Notes under the pieces: model-generated
What the model was told of the DNA's origin: nothing
Seen by the model: only the letters and a program-made list of their open reading frames with translations
The model's database searches: none
Translations under genes and position numbers: made by a program
Shown here: positions 39,399 through 47,858 of the stretch, piece after piece
Numbering within the stretch: the first letter of the stretch is position 1
How the letters are laid out: each line of letters starts with the position of its first letter
Origin: an uncultured bacterium
Lineage (GTDB): Bacteria > Babelota > Babeliae > Babelales > Babelaceae
Assembly: GCA_963848965.1 (NCBI GenBank)
Contig: CAWKFG010000001.1
Location: 416,001-480,000, forward strand
Reading direction: 5' to 3'
DNA: 64,000 nt

Positions 39399-40961
39399 AT
39401 GAATTACTTTACTACAAGATCTTTAAGCGTAGCAGTTATATTTAATTTTTTCCTTATAAGTACATCAGTGGTCTTATGTATGGATGGAAAGGGTTTCATA
39501 GTGCGATCACCAGAGATGAGCCCCTATAGATACGAGCAAGGACTTTCTAATTATTCACATTATCTAATTCAGCGAGAATCTGTTGATTGGCGTTCTTTTT
39601 TTGGACACAGTGAACAACCTAAAAAAAAGATAGAAGCATATAATGGGCCTGACTGTATATCTCCTTTATCAAAAGATCTTGTTAAAAGTATCATTATTCA
39701 GTTACAGAACTCAAAGGACGTTGAAAGCTTTATTAAGTCTGTCAGAGCTTTAGCTAAAGTTAGTAAGCACTTTAATGTTCTTGTAAATAGTCCTGAAATG
39801 ACCACCTTTCTCATTAAGTTACTGAGTGAAAAAGAAAAGATTAAAGAAAGATATGCAGCTATACTCTTAGGAACAGCTGGATCTCTGAATTGGCTCCAAG
39901 AGCATTCTCCTTTTAAACCAGGGACAGAGCCAATAACAATAAAAGAAGCTGTTAAAATAATCATAAAAAGGTATGCAGAAAAATTTATTAGTCGATCAAC
40001 TATTCAAGAGCTTCTTCCTCGTTTTAAAGAAGATTATTATAACGTAGTATTTCCCACAAATGGTAAAACTGCTTTAATACTAGGTATAGAATATGCAATA
40101 GGAGCAATGGGTATTGACGAGGCTGAAGGAGGTATTAATACAATAAAGGCACTTTTGGCGCTTGGGGTAGATCCTAATAAGCCAGATAGGGATGGAAAAT
40201 TGCCTATAAGTTACACGTATATGTCTAAGTGTACTCCACTGTATGAAATACCACGTTTAAAAAAGATTCAAGAATTGCTTATTACAGCAGGAGCAACTAT
40301 ACCTAATGAAGCTTTGCTTTTTGATAATGCATGTGAGCAGTTAGAGCCCCAGCGTCTTTTAACAATAGCATGCTTTTTAGGATCTACAGATTTGCTCAAT
40401 AAAGCACTAGGTAAAGGTGCATCAGCTAATTCCCTTAATAGGTTTGATATATCAGATGTTATTGATGCACGAAACACAGATTTTTTAAAAATAATTGTGC
40501 AAGCGGGGTGTCCGTTAAAAAAGATTTTATCAAAGGATAAAGAAGATACCTATAACGCTTTTTGTAAAGCAGTTGGCTGTAAAGATACGCACATGCTAGA
40601 ATTTCTTATACTGATGGGCTTAGATGTTAATGTTCAAAAAAAAGATATATTTATGGGTACAAAAAGCACTCCACTGAAAGTAGCCGTACTTCTTAAAAAG
40701 CCAGAAATGATAAAATTGCTTCTTAAAGCTGGTGCTGAATTAGGCGATATTACAGATCAATGGGTTTTGGATAGTGCTAAAGAAATTAATCAAGAGCTTA
40801 TACCTCTTTGTCTTATTTGCCTTGATTATCTTGATAAGGCCTGCAATATAATAAAGACAGAATGCGACCATCGCTTTCATAAAGCATGTCTGCAAGACTG
40901 GCATCAAGTAAAAGCCGAATGTCCAGCATGTAGAAATGCTCTTCCTAAAAAGGCCATATAA
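39399..40961 (+). CDS. Secreted F-box-like/ankyrin/RING-H2 protein, putative E3 ligase
   Basis: ...VLC|MDG; PLSKDLVKSII...LAKVSKHF; degenerate ankyrins; C-terminal CLIC..C.H.FH..C...W....CPAC. Confidence 0.85.
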   Translation: MNYFTTRSLSVAVIFNFFLISTSVVLCMDGKGFIVRSPEMSPYRYEQGLSNYSHYLIQRESVDWRSFFGHSEQPKKKIEAYNGPDCISPLSKDLVKSIIIQLQNSKDVESFIKSVRALAKVSKHFNVLVNSPEMTTFLIKLLSEKEKIKERYAAILLGTAGSLNWLQEHSPFKPGTEPITIKEAVKIIIKRYAEKFISRSTIQELLPRFKEDYYNVVFPTNGKTALILGIEYAIGAMGIDEAEGGINTIKALLALGVDPNKPDRDGKLPISYTYMSKCTPLYEIPRLKKIQELLITAGATIPNEALLFDNACEQLEPQRLLTIACFLGSTDLLNKALGKGASANSLNRFDISDVIDARNTDFLKIIVQAGCPLKKILSKDKEDTYNAFCKAVGCKDTHMLEFLILMGLDVNVQKKDIFMGTKSTPLKVAVLLKKPEMIKLLLKAGAELGDITDQWVLDSAKEINQELIPLCLICLDYLDKACNIIKTECDHRFHKACLQDWHQVKAECPACRNALPKKAI

Positions 40962-40981
40962 CTTATAGCTACGAGTAATTA

Positions 40982-41857
40982 ATGAGTTCATTTGAGCAGA
41001 ATGTTATCAGATCATGGGGTGAGAAGGGTCGTACATGGTTAAAGGCTTTGCCAAAGACTACTGAGCACTTAGCACGATACTGGAATCTTACTGAGCTTAA
41101 ACCTGTTGAAAACCTTTCTTATAATTATGTTTTGAAGGGTTATCAAGATACTACTCCTATAGTTCTTAAGCTCTCCTGTGATACTAAAGAATTGAACAAT
41201 GAGCAAAGTGCTCTTACTGCATATAATGGTATTAGTTGTATACGCTTGCTTGCTAGTAACCCTGAATATAATGCTCTTTTGCTTGAACAGGCAATTCCAG
41301 GAACGACACTCGTACCTTTTTTTCCTTCTCGTGATGACGAAGCTCTTGAGCATACTGTTTCAATTATGAAACAATTACATAAAACTCCTCTGCCAGAACA
41401 TCTGCCATCATTAAAAGAGTGGTTCAGATGCTTATTTAACCCACACCCTGTATTACTAAATATCTATCATATTCGTAAAGCACAGGAATTAGTGCTAGAT
41501 TTATTAGCTACTCAGGAAAAAGTTGTTTTACTTCATGGTGATTTGCATCATGGCAATATTCTTTTAAGCAATCGAGGATGGCTTGCTATAGACCCTAAAG
41601 GCATCCTTGGTGATCCTGCATATGAACCTTGCTCATTTATGAAAAATCCCAATCCAGAAACTGTAAAGGACAAAAAGCTTATTCTTTACAGATTAGAGCG
41701 TTTTTCAGAATTGCTTTCTATTGATAAAGAGCGTTTATACCATTGGTTTTATGCTCAATCGGTACTTGATGCATGTTGGGCTTTCGAGGAAGGTGAGACT
41801 ACTATCCAGAGGGCTCTTGCTTCTGCAGAAATAATAAACTCTCTAAGAATTAAGTAA
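40982..41857 (+). CDS. Aminoglycoside/hydroxyurea phosphotransferase family protein (APH(6)-like)
   Basis: LLLEQAIPG, LLHGDLHHGNIL, WLAIDPKG..GDPAYE. Confidence 0.9.
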   Translation: MSSFEQNVIRSWGEKGRTWLKALPKTTEHLARYWNLTELKPVENLSYNYVLKGYQDTTPIVLKLSCDTKELNNEQSALTAYNGISCIRLLASNPEYNALLLEQAIPGTTLVPFFPSRDDEALEHTVSIMKQLHKTPLPEHLPSLKEWFRCLFNPHPVLLNIYHIRKAQELVLDLLATQEKVVLLHGDLHHGNILLSNRGWLAIDPKGILGDPAYEPCSFMKNPNPETVKDKKLILYRLERFSELLSIDKERLYHWFYAQSVLDACWAFEEGETTIQRALASAEIINSLRIK

Positions 41858-42016
41858 TAGTGCTTGATTAGAAGAGTTAGTAGTTTTATCTCTAATATTG
41901 AGTATAAGACATCAAATTTAACAAAAGTATTAAAAAGCTTTATAGTTGATAGCAGACTGGCTCTTTATAATAAAAGCGGCTAGAGCGTACTATTATCATT
42001 TTTCGAAAGGGTTTTT

Positions 42017-42442
42017 ATGGATTTCACTATGTTCTCACACGTCAATTATGGAGCAGTAGTTGTATCAGCAGTTATATTTTTTATACTTGGCTCTCTCTGG
42101 TATTCTGTACTGTTTCGCTCTAGCTGGTTACAGGAATTAAAACGGCACAATATTGTTATAAAAGAACCAACAAAAAATTCTTTGCTCATAAAAATGCTGC
42201 TTACATTTGGTGCAAATCTTCTTGCTTCATATGCTATGGCATGCTTGGTGATTATGACAGGCTCAACCACTGTACAATCAGGATTAATGCTTGGTATTAT
42301 TACTGCCCTTGGATTTGCGGCTACAGCTCTTGGCTTGGTTTTTATATGGGAAAGTCGATCATTAAGGCTCTTTTTAATTGATAGTGGTTACCCTGCTCTG
42401 GGCATTATCATAACAGCAGCGCTTCTATCTTTCTGGAAATAA
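42017..42442 (+). CDS. DUF1761-family membrane protein
   Basis: NYGAVVVSAV..FILGSLWYS.LF..SW; LFLIDSGY. Confidence 0.85.
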   Translation: MDFTMFSHVNYGAVVVSAVIFFILGSLWYSVLFRSSWLQELKRHNIVIKEPTKNSLLIKMLLTFGANLLASYAMACLVIMTGSTTVQSGLMLGIITALGFAATALGLVFIWESRSLRLFLIDSGYPALGIIITAALLSFWK

Positions 42443-42602
42443 CTATCATACTGATGCTGTATGGCTTTAGTAGAAGCCTATGAAAGTGTCTTATAGTTAA
42501 TAATCTCAGCCAATCTGCATAGTAAAAACTAGAAATACTGCTATAATAATAGTATAAAACTATTGTAAACATGTGGTAGTAGTAAATAGAATTACTATCC
42601 AA

Positions 42603-42679
42603 GCGCCCGTAGCTCAGTAGGATAGAGCGACAGATTCCTAATCTGTAGGTCACAGGTTCAAATCCTGTCGGGCGCACCA
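42603..42679 (+). tRNA. tRNA-Arg (anticodon CCT)
   Basis: GCGCCCG acceptor stem pairs with CGGGCGC-ACCA; ACAGA-TTCCTAA-TCTGT anticodon arm; GGTTCAAATCC T-arm. Confidence 0.97.
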
Positions 42680-42807
42680 GTCTTCGCTCTTCGAGCTATC
42701 AGCCTGTATTTTTGCAAAAAAGCAATTGAAGATCTTGATTTTTGATCTCTGTTTGTTATTATAAATTACAGATAGGTTTAAATCATATAATAATAAGGTG
42801 GATATTT

Positions 42808-43428
42808 GTGAATATATTTAAAATAGCAAGTTTGTCTTGCGCTTTTTTAATTTTAGGTACTCTATCTCCTGTAGTTGCGATGGAAATGGCTTATGAGTTT
42901 CCTCATTGTAATTGCTATTGGGTAGAAGAAGGGCGGATTCTCGCTGGTAAATACCCTTTAATTGGTAAAAAAGAGGAACAAGAAGAACAAATACGTAAGT
43001 TTTTAGATGCAGGGATTAACTACTTTGTTGATTTAACTGAAAGAAAAGAGTTAAAAACTAATGGTGGTAAACAGAATCCTTATGCAGAAGAGCTTAAAAA
43101 GGCAGCTCAAAAGCGTGGCATGAAGTTCCGCCATAAAAGAATGCCTATTAAGGATCACAAGGTAACAACCGCTGCACATATGGCAGAAATAGTGGCAAAG
43201 ATTCATAGAGCTGTCTCTAAAGGATATAAGGTTTATATTCATTGTGCAGCTGGTATTGGTCGTACAGGTACAGCCGTTGGCTGTTATTTAAGAAGCAAAG
43301 GGCTCACAGGCGAACAAGCTTTAGGGCTCATTAGTGAATTACGCAAAAAATGCAAAAAACCTATTTGTGATTCACCTCGATCTGACATTCAAAGAGATTT
43401 TGTAAAAAACTTTATTATTAAAGCATAA
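42808..43428 (+). CDS. Secreted dual-specificity/PTP-like phosphatase, copy 1
   Basis: YIHCAAGIGRTG P-loop, MPIKDH acid loop; GTG start at 42808; signal peptide ...VVA|MEM. Confidence 0.92.
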   Translation: MNIFKIASLSCAFLILGTLSPVVAMEMAYEFPHCNCYWVEEGRILAGKYPLIGKKEEQEEQIRKFLDAGINYFVDLTERKELKTNGGKQNPYAEELKKAAQKRGMKFRHKRMPIKDHKVTTAAHMAEIVAKIHRAVSKGYKVYIHCAAGIGRTGTAVGCYLRSKGLTGEQALGLISELRKKCKKPICDSPRSDIQRDFVKNFIIKA

Positions 43429-43459
43429 TAAGGCTCTTTTACCTACCGTTAAACTTTTG

Positions 43460-43487
43460 AGGCTAGTGCGCTTATGTTCACTAGCCT
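43460..43487 (+). terminator. Terminator hairpin, repeated after each phosphatase copy
   Basis: AGGCTAGTG...CACTAGCCT followed by a T-rich tract. Confidence 0.7.
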
Positions 43488-43535
43488 TTACTTTTACTAC
43501 TATTTTCAGGTAGAACGGCTTTGGGTTTAAAGCAG

Positions 43536-43562
43536 AAGCTAAGCCCTGTTAGGGCTTAGCTT
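43536..43562. repeat. 12-bp-arm inverted repeat
   Basis: AAGCTAAGCCCT-GTT-AGGGCTTAGCTT. Confidence 0.7.
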
Positions 43563-43789
43563 GAGAGGTATTCTTCAATAAGATGTAGTAATAGTGATCT
43601 CTGTAATTTTTGTAAAGATTAGTAGCGGTACTACTTGTTTATGTAAAGCTATAAAACATAGCCTATGGTTATAACGCTTAGTATTAGCTGGTTTTTGTTT
43701 AAAATTGTTTGAAAAAGTTGATTTTTACGAGCTTTTTGCTAGTATAGGTTTATAGTGATTTTAAAATATATAATAGAAGGTAATTGTTT

Positions 43790-44413
43790 ATGAATTTTCT
43801 CAAAATAACGAATTTGCTCTGTATACTTATAATTTCGGGCACTCTATCCCCTGTAATTGCAAAGAAAACTACGCATAATCTTCCTCATGGTAACTGTTAT
43901 TGGGTTGAGGAAGGACGTTTTCTTGCTGGGAAGTATCCTTTGGTTGGTAAAGAGAAGGAAAAACGTGAGCAACTACGTAAATTCTTGGATACTGGGATTA
44001 CTTACTTTATTGATTTAACTGAAAGAAAAGAGTTAAAGGCTAAAGGTGGTAAAAAAGATCCTTATGCAGAATTTATCAAGAAGGAAGCGCAAAAATGTGG
44101 TATGAAATTCCGTCATAAAAGAATGCCTATTAAGGATCACAAGGTGACAACGAAGGCTCATATGGCACAAATCGTGGCGACTATCCACAGGGCTCTTGCT
44201 AGAGGAGAAAAGGTGTATATCCACTGTGCGGCAGGTGTTGGACGTACAGGAACGGCAGTCGGCTGTTATTTGAAGAGCAAGGGGCTTACAGGGCAACAAG
44301 CTTTGGACCGCATTAACAAGTTACGTCAAAATAGAAAAAGACCTCGTAAAAATTCACCACGATCTAAATTACAAAGAAACTTCGTAAAAAGCTTTAACGT
44401 AAAGAGAAAATAA
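43790..44413 (+). CDS. Secreted dual-specificity/PTP-like phosphatase, copy 2
   Basis: YIHCAAGVGRTG; signal peptide ...VIA|KK; very basic. Confidence 0.92.
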   Translation: MNFLKITNLLCILIISGTLSPVIAKKTTHNLPHGNCYWVEEGRFLAGKYPLVGKEKEKREQLRKFLDTGITYFIDLTERKELKAKGGKKDPYAEFIKKEAQKCGMKFRHKRMPIKDHKVTTKAHMAQIVATIHRALARGEKVYIHCAAGVGRTGTAVGCYLKSKGLTGQQALDRINKLRQNRKRPRKNSPRSKLQRNFVKSFNVKRK

Positions 44414-44444
44414 GCTCTTTACGAAGTATAAGCTGCTTATTTTG

Positions 44445-44471
44445 AGGCTAGTGCGCTTTGCTCACTAGCCT
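44445..44471 (+). terminator. Terminator hairpin (repeat copy 2)
   Basis: AGGCTAGTG...CACTAGCCT followed by T. Confidence 0.7.
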
Positions 44472-44739
44472 TTATTACTAATGAAGCAAAAAATACTATA
44501 ACCAACATTGTATCAGCTTCTCAACCTCTCTCGATGGAACTCACCCCCTCTATTTTAGTAAAGATTATTGGTGTTATTAGTGTATTATATGGGCTTATTG
44601 AACATGTACTACAAGCATAATATTTATTGGCAGAGTATTTCTATTGAAAAATATTTAAAAAACTCTTGATTTTTGCTCAATATTTGCTATTATAAATTTA
44701 CTAAACATTATTAAAATACATAACAAAAGGTGATTATTT

Positions 44740-45351
44740 ATGAATTTTTTCAAAATGAAAACATTTTCTTGCGCTCTTTTAATCGCAGGTGTTCTGTCTC
44801 CTGTAATAGCAAAGCAGACTACGCATAATCTTCCTCATGGTAACTGCTATTGGGTAGAGCAAGGACGTTTCCTTGCTGGTAAGTATCCTTTAGTAGGTAA
44901 AAAGAAGGAAAGACGTGAGCAGGTCCGTAAGTTCATGGACGCAGGTATTAACTACTTTGTTGATTTAACTGAAAAAAGAGAGTTAAAAAAAAGAGGTTCT
45001 TATGCAGAAGAACTTAAAAAGGCAGCTCAAAAGCGAGGTATGAAGTTCCGTCACAAAAGAATGCCTATTAAGGATCATAAAGTGACAACTAAAGCTCATA
45101 TGGTACAAATTGTGCAAATGATTCATAGAGCGCTTGCTAAAGGACATAAAGTGTATATTCACTGTGCAGCGGGTAAAGGCCGTACAGGAACAGCAGTTGG
45201 TTGTTACTTGAAGAGCAAGGGCCTTACAACGCAACAAGCTTTTGATTTTATTGCTAAAGGGCGTAATAACAGAAAAAAACCTCGTAAACCATCACCAGAA
45301 AAGCCGATACAAAGAAACTTTGTAAAGGACTTTAACGTAAAGATAAAGTAA
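44740..45351 (+). CDS. Secreted dual-specificity/PTP-like phosphatase, copy 3
   Basis: YIHCAAGKGRTG; signal peptide ...VIA|KQ; very basic. Confidence 0.92.
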   Translation: MNFFKMKTFSCALLIAGVLSPVIAKQTTHNLPHGNCYWVEQGRFLAGKYPLVGKKKERREQVRKFMDAGINYFVDLTEKRELKKRGSYAEELKKAAQKRGMKFRHKRMPIKDHKVTTKAHMVQIVQMIHRALAKGHKVYIHCAAGKGRTGTAVGCYLKSKGLTTQQAFDFIAKGRNNRKKPRKPSPEKPIQRNFVKDFNVKIK

Positions 45352-45384
45352 GCTTGTTTAATAAGCACAGGCTGCTTATTCCTT

Positions 45385-45410
45385 GGCTAGTGCGCTTTTG
45401 CTCACTAGCC
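45385..45410 (+). terminator. Terminator hairpin (repeat copy 3)
   Basis: GGCTAGTG...CACTAGCC followed by TTTTCTTTTT. Confidence 0.75.
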
Positions 45411-45605
45411 TTTTCTTTTTCAATCGTTTTCTCTTCTTAGTTTTTACAAGCTCTTACGTCTTTTACCTCTTCTAAAAACTTCTCTACAAACTAAGATTAT
45501 AGATGAGCATGCTCATGAATATATACTCAAGTCTTATAGTTAGAACACTGTCTATCAAGAGAATGTTATGAGGTTTTGTTTACCAAAGCAATTTTAGAAT
45601 GCTCC

Positions 45606-45636
45606 TTGACTCTCGCGTAACGTCATACTTTATACT
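45606..45636 (+). promoter_or_regulatory. MerR-type promoter with 19-bp spacer
   Basis: TTGACT-19 bp-TATACT; imperfect dyad CGT-A-ACG in the spacer; directly upstream of the MerR gene. Confidence 0.75.
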
Positions 45637-45666
45637 ACCTAAGGATAATTATTAATAGGGGTAACT

Positions 45667-46425
45667 ATGAATTATACAATAAACAAATTGGCAAGGTTAT
45701 CAGGAGTAAGTGTTAGAACCTTACGTTTCTATGATGAAATTGGGTTGCTTAAGCCTGCTTATGTTGCGGAAAATAGATACCGCTATTATCAAGAAGCACA
45801 ACTTTTGAGATTACAACAGATTCTTTTTTTTCGTGAATTAGGGTTTGAGCTTAAGCAAATTCAAGATATTCTCGAGCAAAGTGATTTTAATCGAATTCAT
45901 GTTTTGCGATCTCATAAAAAGGTATTACACAATGAGATTCAAAAAATGAAGAAATTACTCTGTACGATTGATAGGACTATTAACCATTTACAAGGGAATT
46001 ATAAAATGACAGAAAAAGAGATATTTTACGGCTTTTCTAAAGAAAAGCAAGCTGAATATGAACAGTATTTAGTTCAAAGATTAGGGGCTAATAGACCTGA
46101 ATTTGCTGAATGTGCAAGAAATGTCAAAAATTGGACAAAAGAGGATTGGCTCAAGCATCAAACAACTGGCGAAGAACTTAATAAAGCATTTGTTGAAGCT
46201 TTGGAAAAAGGGCTTAAGCCTGACAGTGTGGAGGTTCAAATGTTAGTACGTAAGCATTTTGAGCTTATTAAGTTATTTTGGACTCCAACTCAAGAAACCT
46301 ATAGAGACTTAGGGCAGCTGTATCTTGAACATCCAGATTTTAGAGTATACTATGCTGCTTATCATTCAGAGTTAGCACAGTTTCTTGCTGATGCGATGAA
46401 AGTTTTTGCTGAACGAGGGTTATAA
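45667..46425 (+). CDS. MerR-family regulator with TipAS domain (Mta/TipA-like)
   Basis: YTINKLARLSGVSVRTLRFYDEIGLLKP; LGQLYLEHPDFRVYY. Confidence 0.93.
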   Translation: MNYTINKLARLSGVSVRTLRFYDEIGLLKPAYVAENRYRYYQEAQLLRLQQILFFRELGFELKQIQDILEQSDFNRIHVLRSHKKVLHNEIQKMKKLLCTIDRTINHLQGNYKMTEKEIFYGFSKEKQAEYEQYLVQRLGANRPEFAECARNVKNWTKEDWLKHQTTGEELNKAFVEALEKGLKPDSVEVQMLVRKHFELIKLFWTPTQETYRDLGQLYLEHPDFRVYYAAYHSELAQFLADAMKVFAERGL

Positions 46426-46436
46426 GCAGGTGCTCT

Positions 46437-47648
46437 ATGGTACTTATGATAAGGAGTGCGATGAGGAACGGTACGATAATAAAAATAGGATTTTTCACAA
46501 GTATAGGACTTTTTAGTATGAGTTATGGTGAATATATAAAGCCAACAGGTATGTATTCTGTTGGTACAGTGTCGTACCATATGGTCGATAAAGCAAGAAA
46601 AGAACAACGAGTGCATGACCAGATGCATAGAGAATTGATGGTTCAGGTGTGGTATCCTGCAGAGATCACAAAAGAAGATAAGCGTGTGCCGTATGTTTCT
46701 GCGCGTCTAGCAGACTTTATTGAAAAAAAAGCCAAAGAGAAAAAAGGATGGTTTTTTGGCTCTGGTTACATAGGAACTCAGATGATTACACATTCATATG
46801 CTCATGCAGCTGTTTCGTCAGAGCAAAGTTCATACCCTGTCATTATTTTTTCTCCTGGTTACGGGGTACCCTGCCATTCGTATACGTCTTTTTTTGAAGA
46901 ATTGGCAAGTCATGGATTTGTTGTTTTCGGTGTTAATCACACACATACTTCTGATCCGGTTGAGTTTCCAGATGGCAGAATAACCGAGTTGGCAGCAAAT
47001 GCTTTTTCTTTTGATGAAACAGAGATCCGATATCAAGATTTGTGCTTTGTGCTCAATGAAATTGAACAGATTAATAAGCAGGATATACAGGGCATTTTAA
47101 CTCATCGGCTTAATATGCAGCAGATAGGAGTAATGGGACATTCAATGGGAGCAACTGCTGCTCTTGAATTTTGCCAGAGATCTGAGCGTTGTAAGGCAGT
47201 AATTGCTCTTGATGGTATGCTAAAATCAACATTTATCACTCCTCATGCCTCTTTAGAATCTTATAACACACCATTAATGATTATGTATAACGTTGAACAA
47301 GGAACATTTTCTAAAGATGATAAGTATGCGCCAGCCTATGATCTAGAAACTATTTTGCGTAGCATGAAAGAGAAAGTTGGCCAATTACGTACATTATCAT
47401 TAAAAGATGTATATGAAGTGCAATGGAAGGCTCATCATATATCATTTAGTGATTATTTCTTAGTTACCTATTTAGCCGAAAATCATGAACAAGAGATGAG
47501 AAATCTTACAGATATAAAGTTTATGATAGTTACTTTTTTCAAGGTCTATGTAAAGGGCTATTCACATGAACCACTCATTAACTATTTGAACCACAGTACA
47601 AACCAAGCGTTTGTTTCAATACATCAAAAGATACAGAGCTGTTTATAG
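46437..47648 (+). CDS. Alpha/beta hydrolase, PAF-acetylhydrolase-like
   Basis: RELMVQVWYPA, YPVIIFSPGYG, EELASHGFVV, GHSMGA, HISFSD. Confidence 0.88.
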   Translation: MVLMIRSAMRNGTIIKIGFFTSIGLFSMSYGEYIKPTGMYSVGTVSYHMVDKARKEQRVHDQMHRELMVQVWYPAEITKEDKRVPYVSARLADFIEKKAKEKKGWFFGSGYIGTQMITHSYAHAAVSSEQSSYPVIIFSPGYGVPCHSYTSFFEELASHGFVVFGVNHTHTSDPVEFPDGRITELAANAFSFDETEIRYQDLCFVLNEIEQINKQDIQGILTHRLNMQQIGVMGHSMGATAALEFCQRSERCKAVIALDGMLKSTFITPHASLESYNTPLMIMYNVEQGTFSKDDKYAPAYDLETILRSMKEKVGQLRTLSLKDVYEVQWKAHHISFSDYFLVTYLAENHEQEMRNLTDIKFMIVTFFKVYVKGYSHEPLINYLNHSTNQAFVSIHQKIQSCL

Positions 47649-47822
47649 TGCTCATTATTAGTATAACAATTAAGGCCTGATAGAACAGCTCCCGGATCTC
47701 TTCTAGCGATAAAGTAGTATCTATTGAGCCGCATAGCAAAAATTGAAAATAATGTTATACTACTAATATAATAGCTTACTTGTATTACCTATGATTGTTA
47801 TAAAAAATTGCATTATCACTAT

Positions 47823-47855
47823 GCGCTTGTAGCTCAGTATGATTGAGCACAGATT
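47823..47855 (+). pseudogene. Degenerate 5' half of tRNA-Arg
   Basis: GCGCTTGTAGCTCAGTATGATTGAGC-ACAGATT versus GCGCCCGTAGCTCAGTAGGATAGAGCGACAGATT at 42603. Confidence 0.7.
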
Positions 47856-47858
47856 ATT

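Noticed and set aside
42408..42677. 89-aa minus-strand ORF MRPTGFEPVTYRLG...
   Set aside because: Antisense translation of the tRNA-Arg gene
43051..45237. Three similar minus-strand ORFs (43051, 44033, 44983)
   Set aside because: Shadow frames of the triplicated phosphatase genes; their similarity simply follows the sense-strand duplication
37695..46425. Esterase, APH-like kinase, DUF1761 and MerR/TipAS as an antibiotic-resistance island
   Set aside because: The genes are not contiguous, belong to common families and show no mobility signature; substrates cannot be inferred
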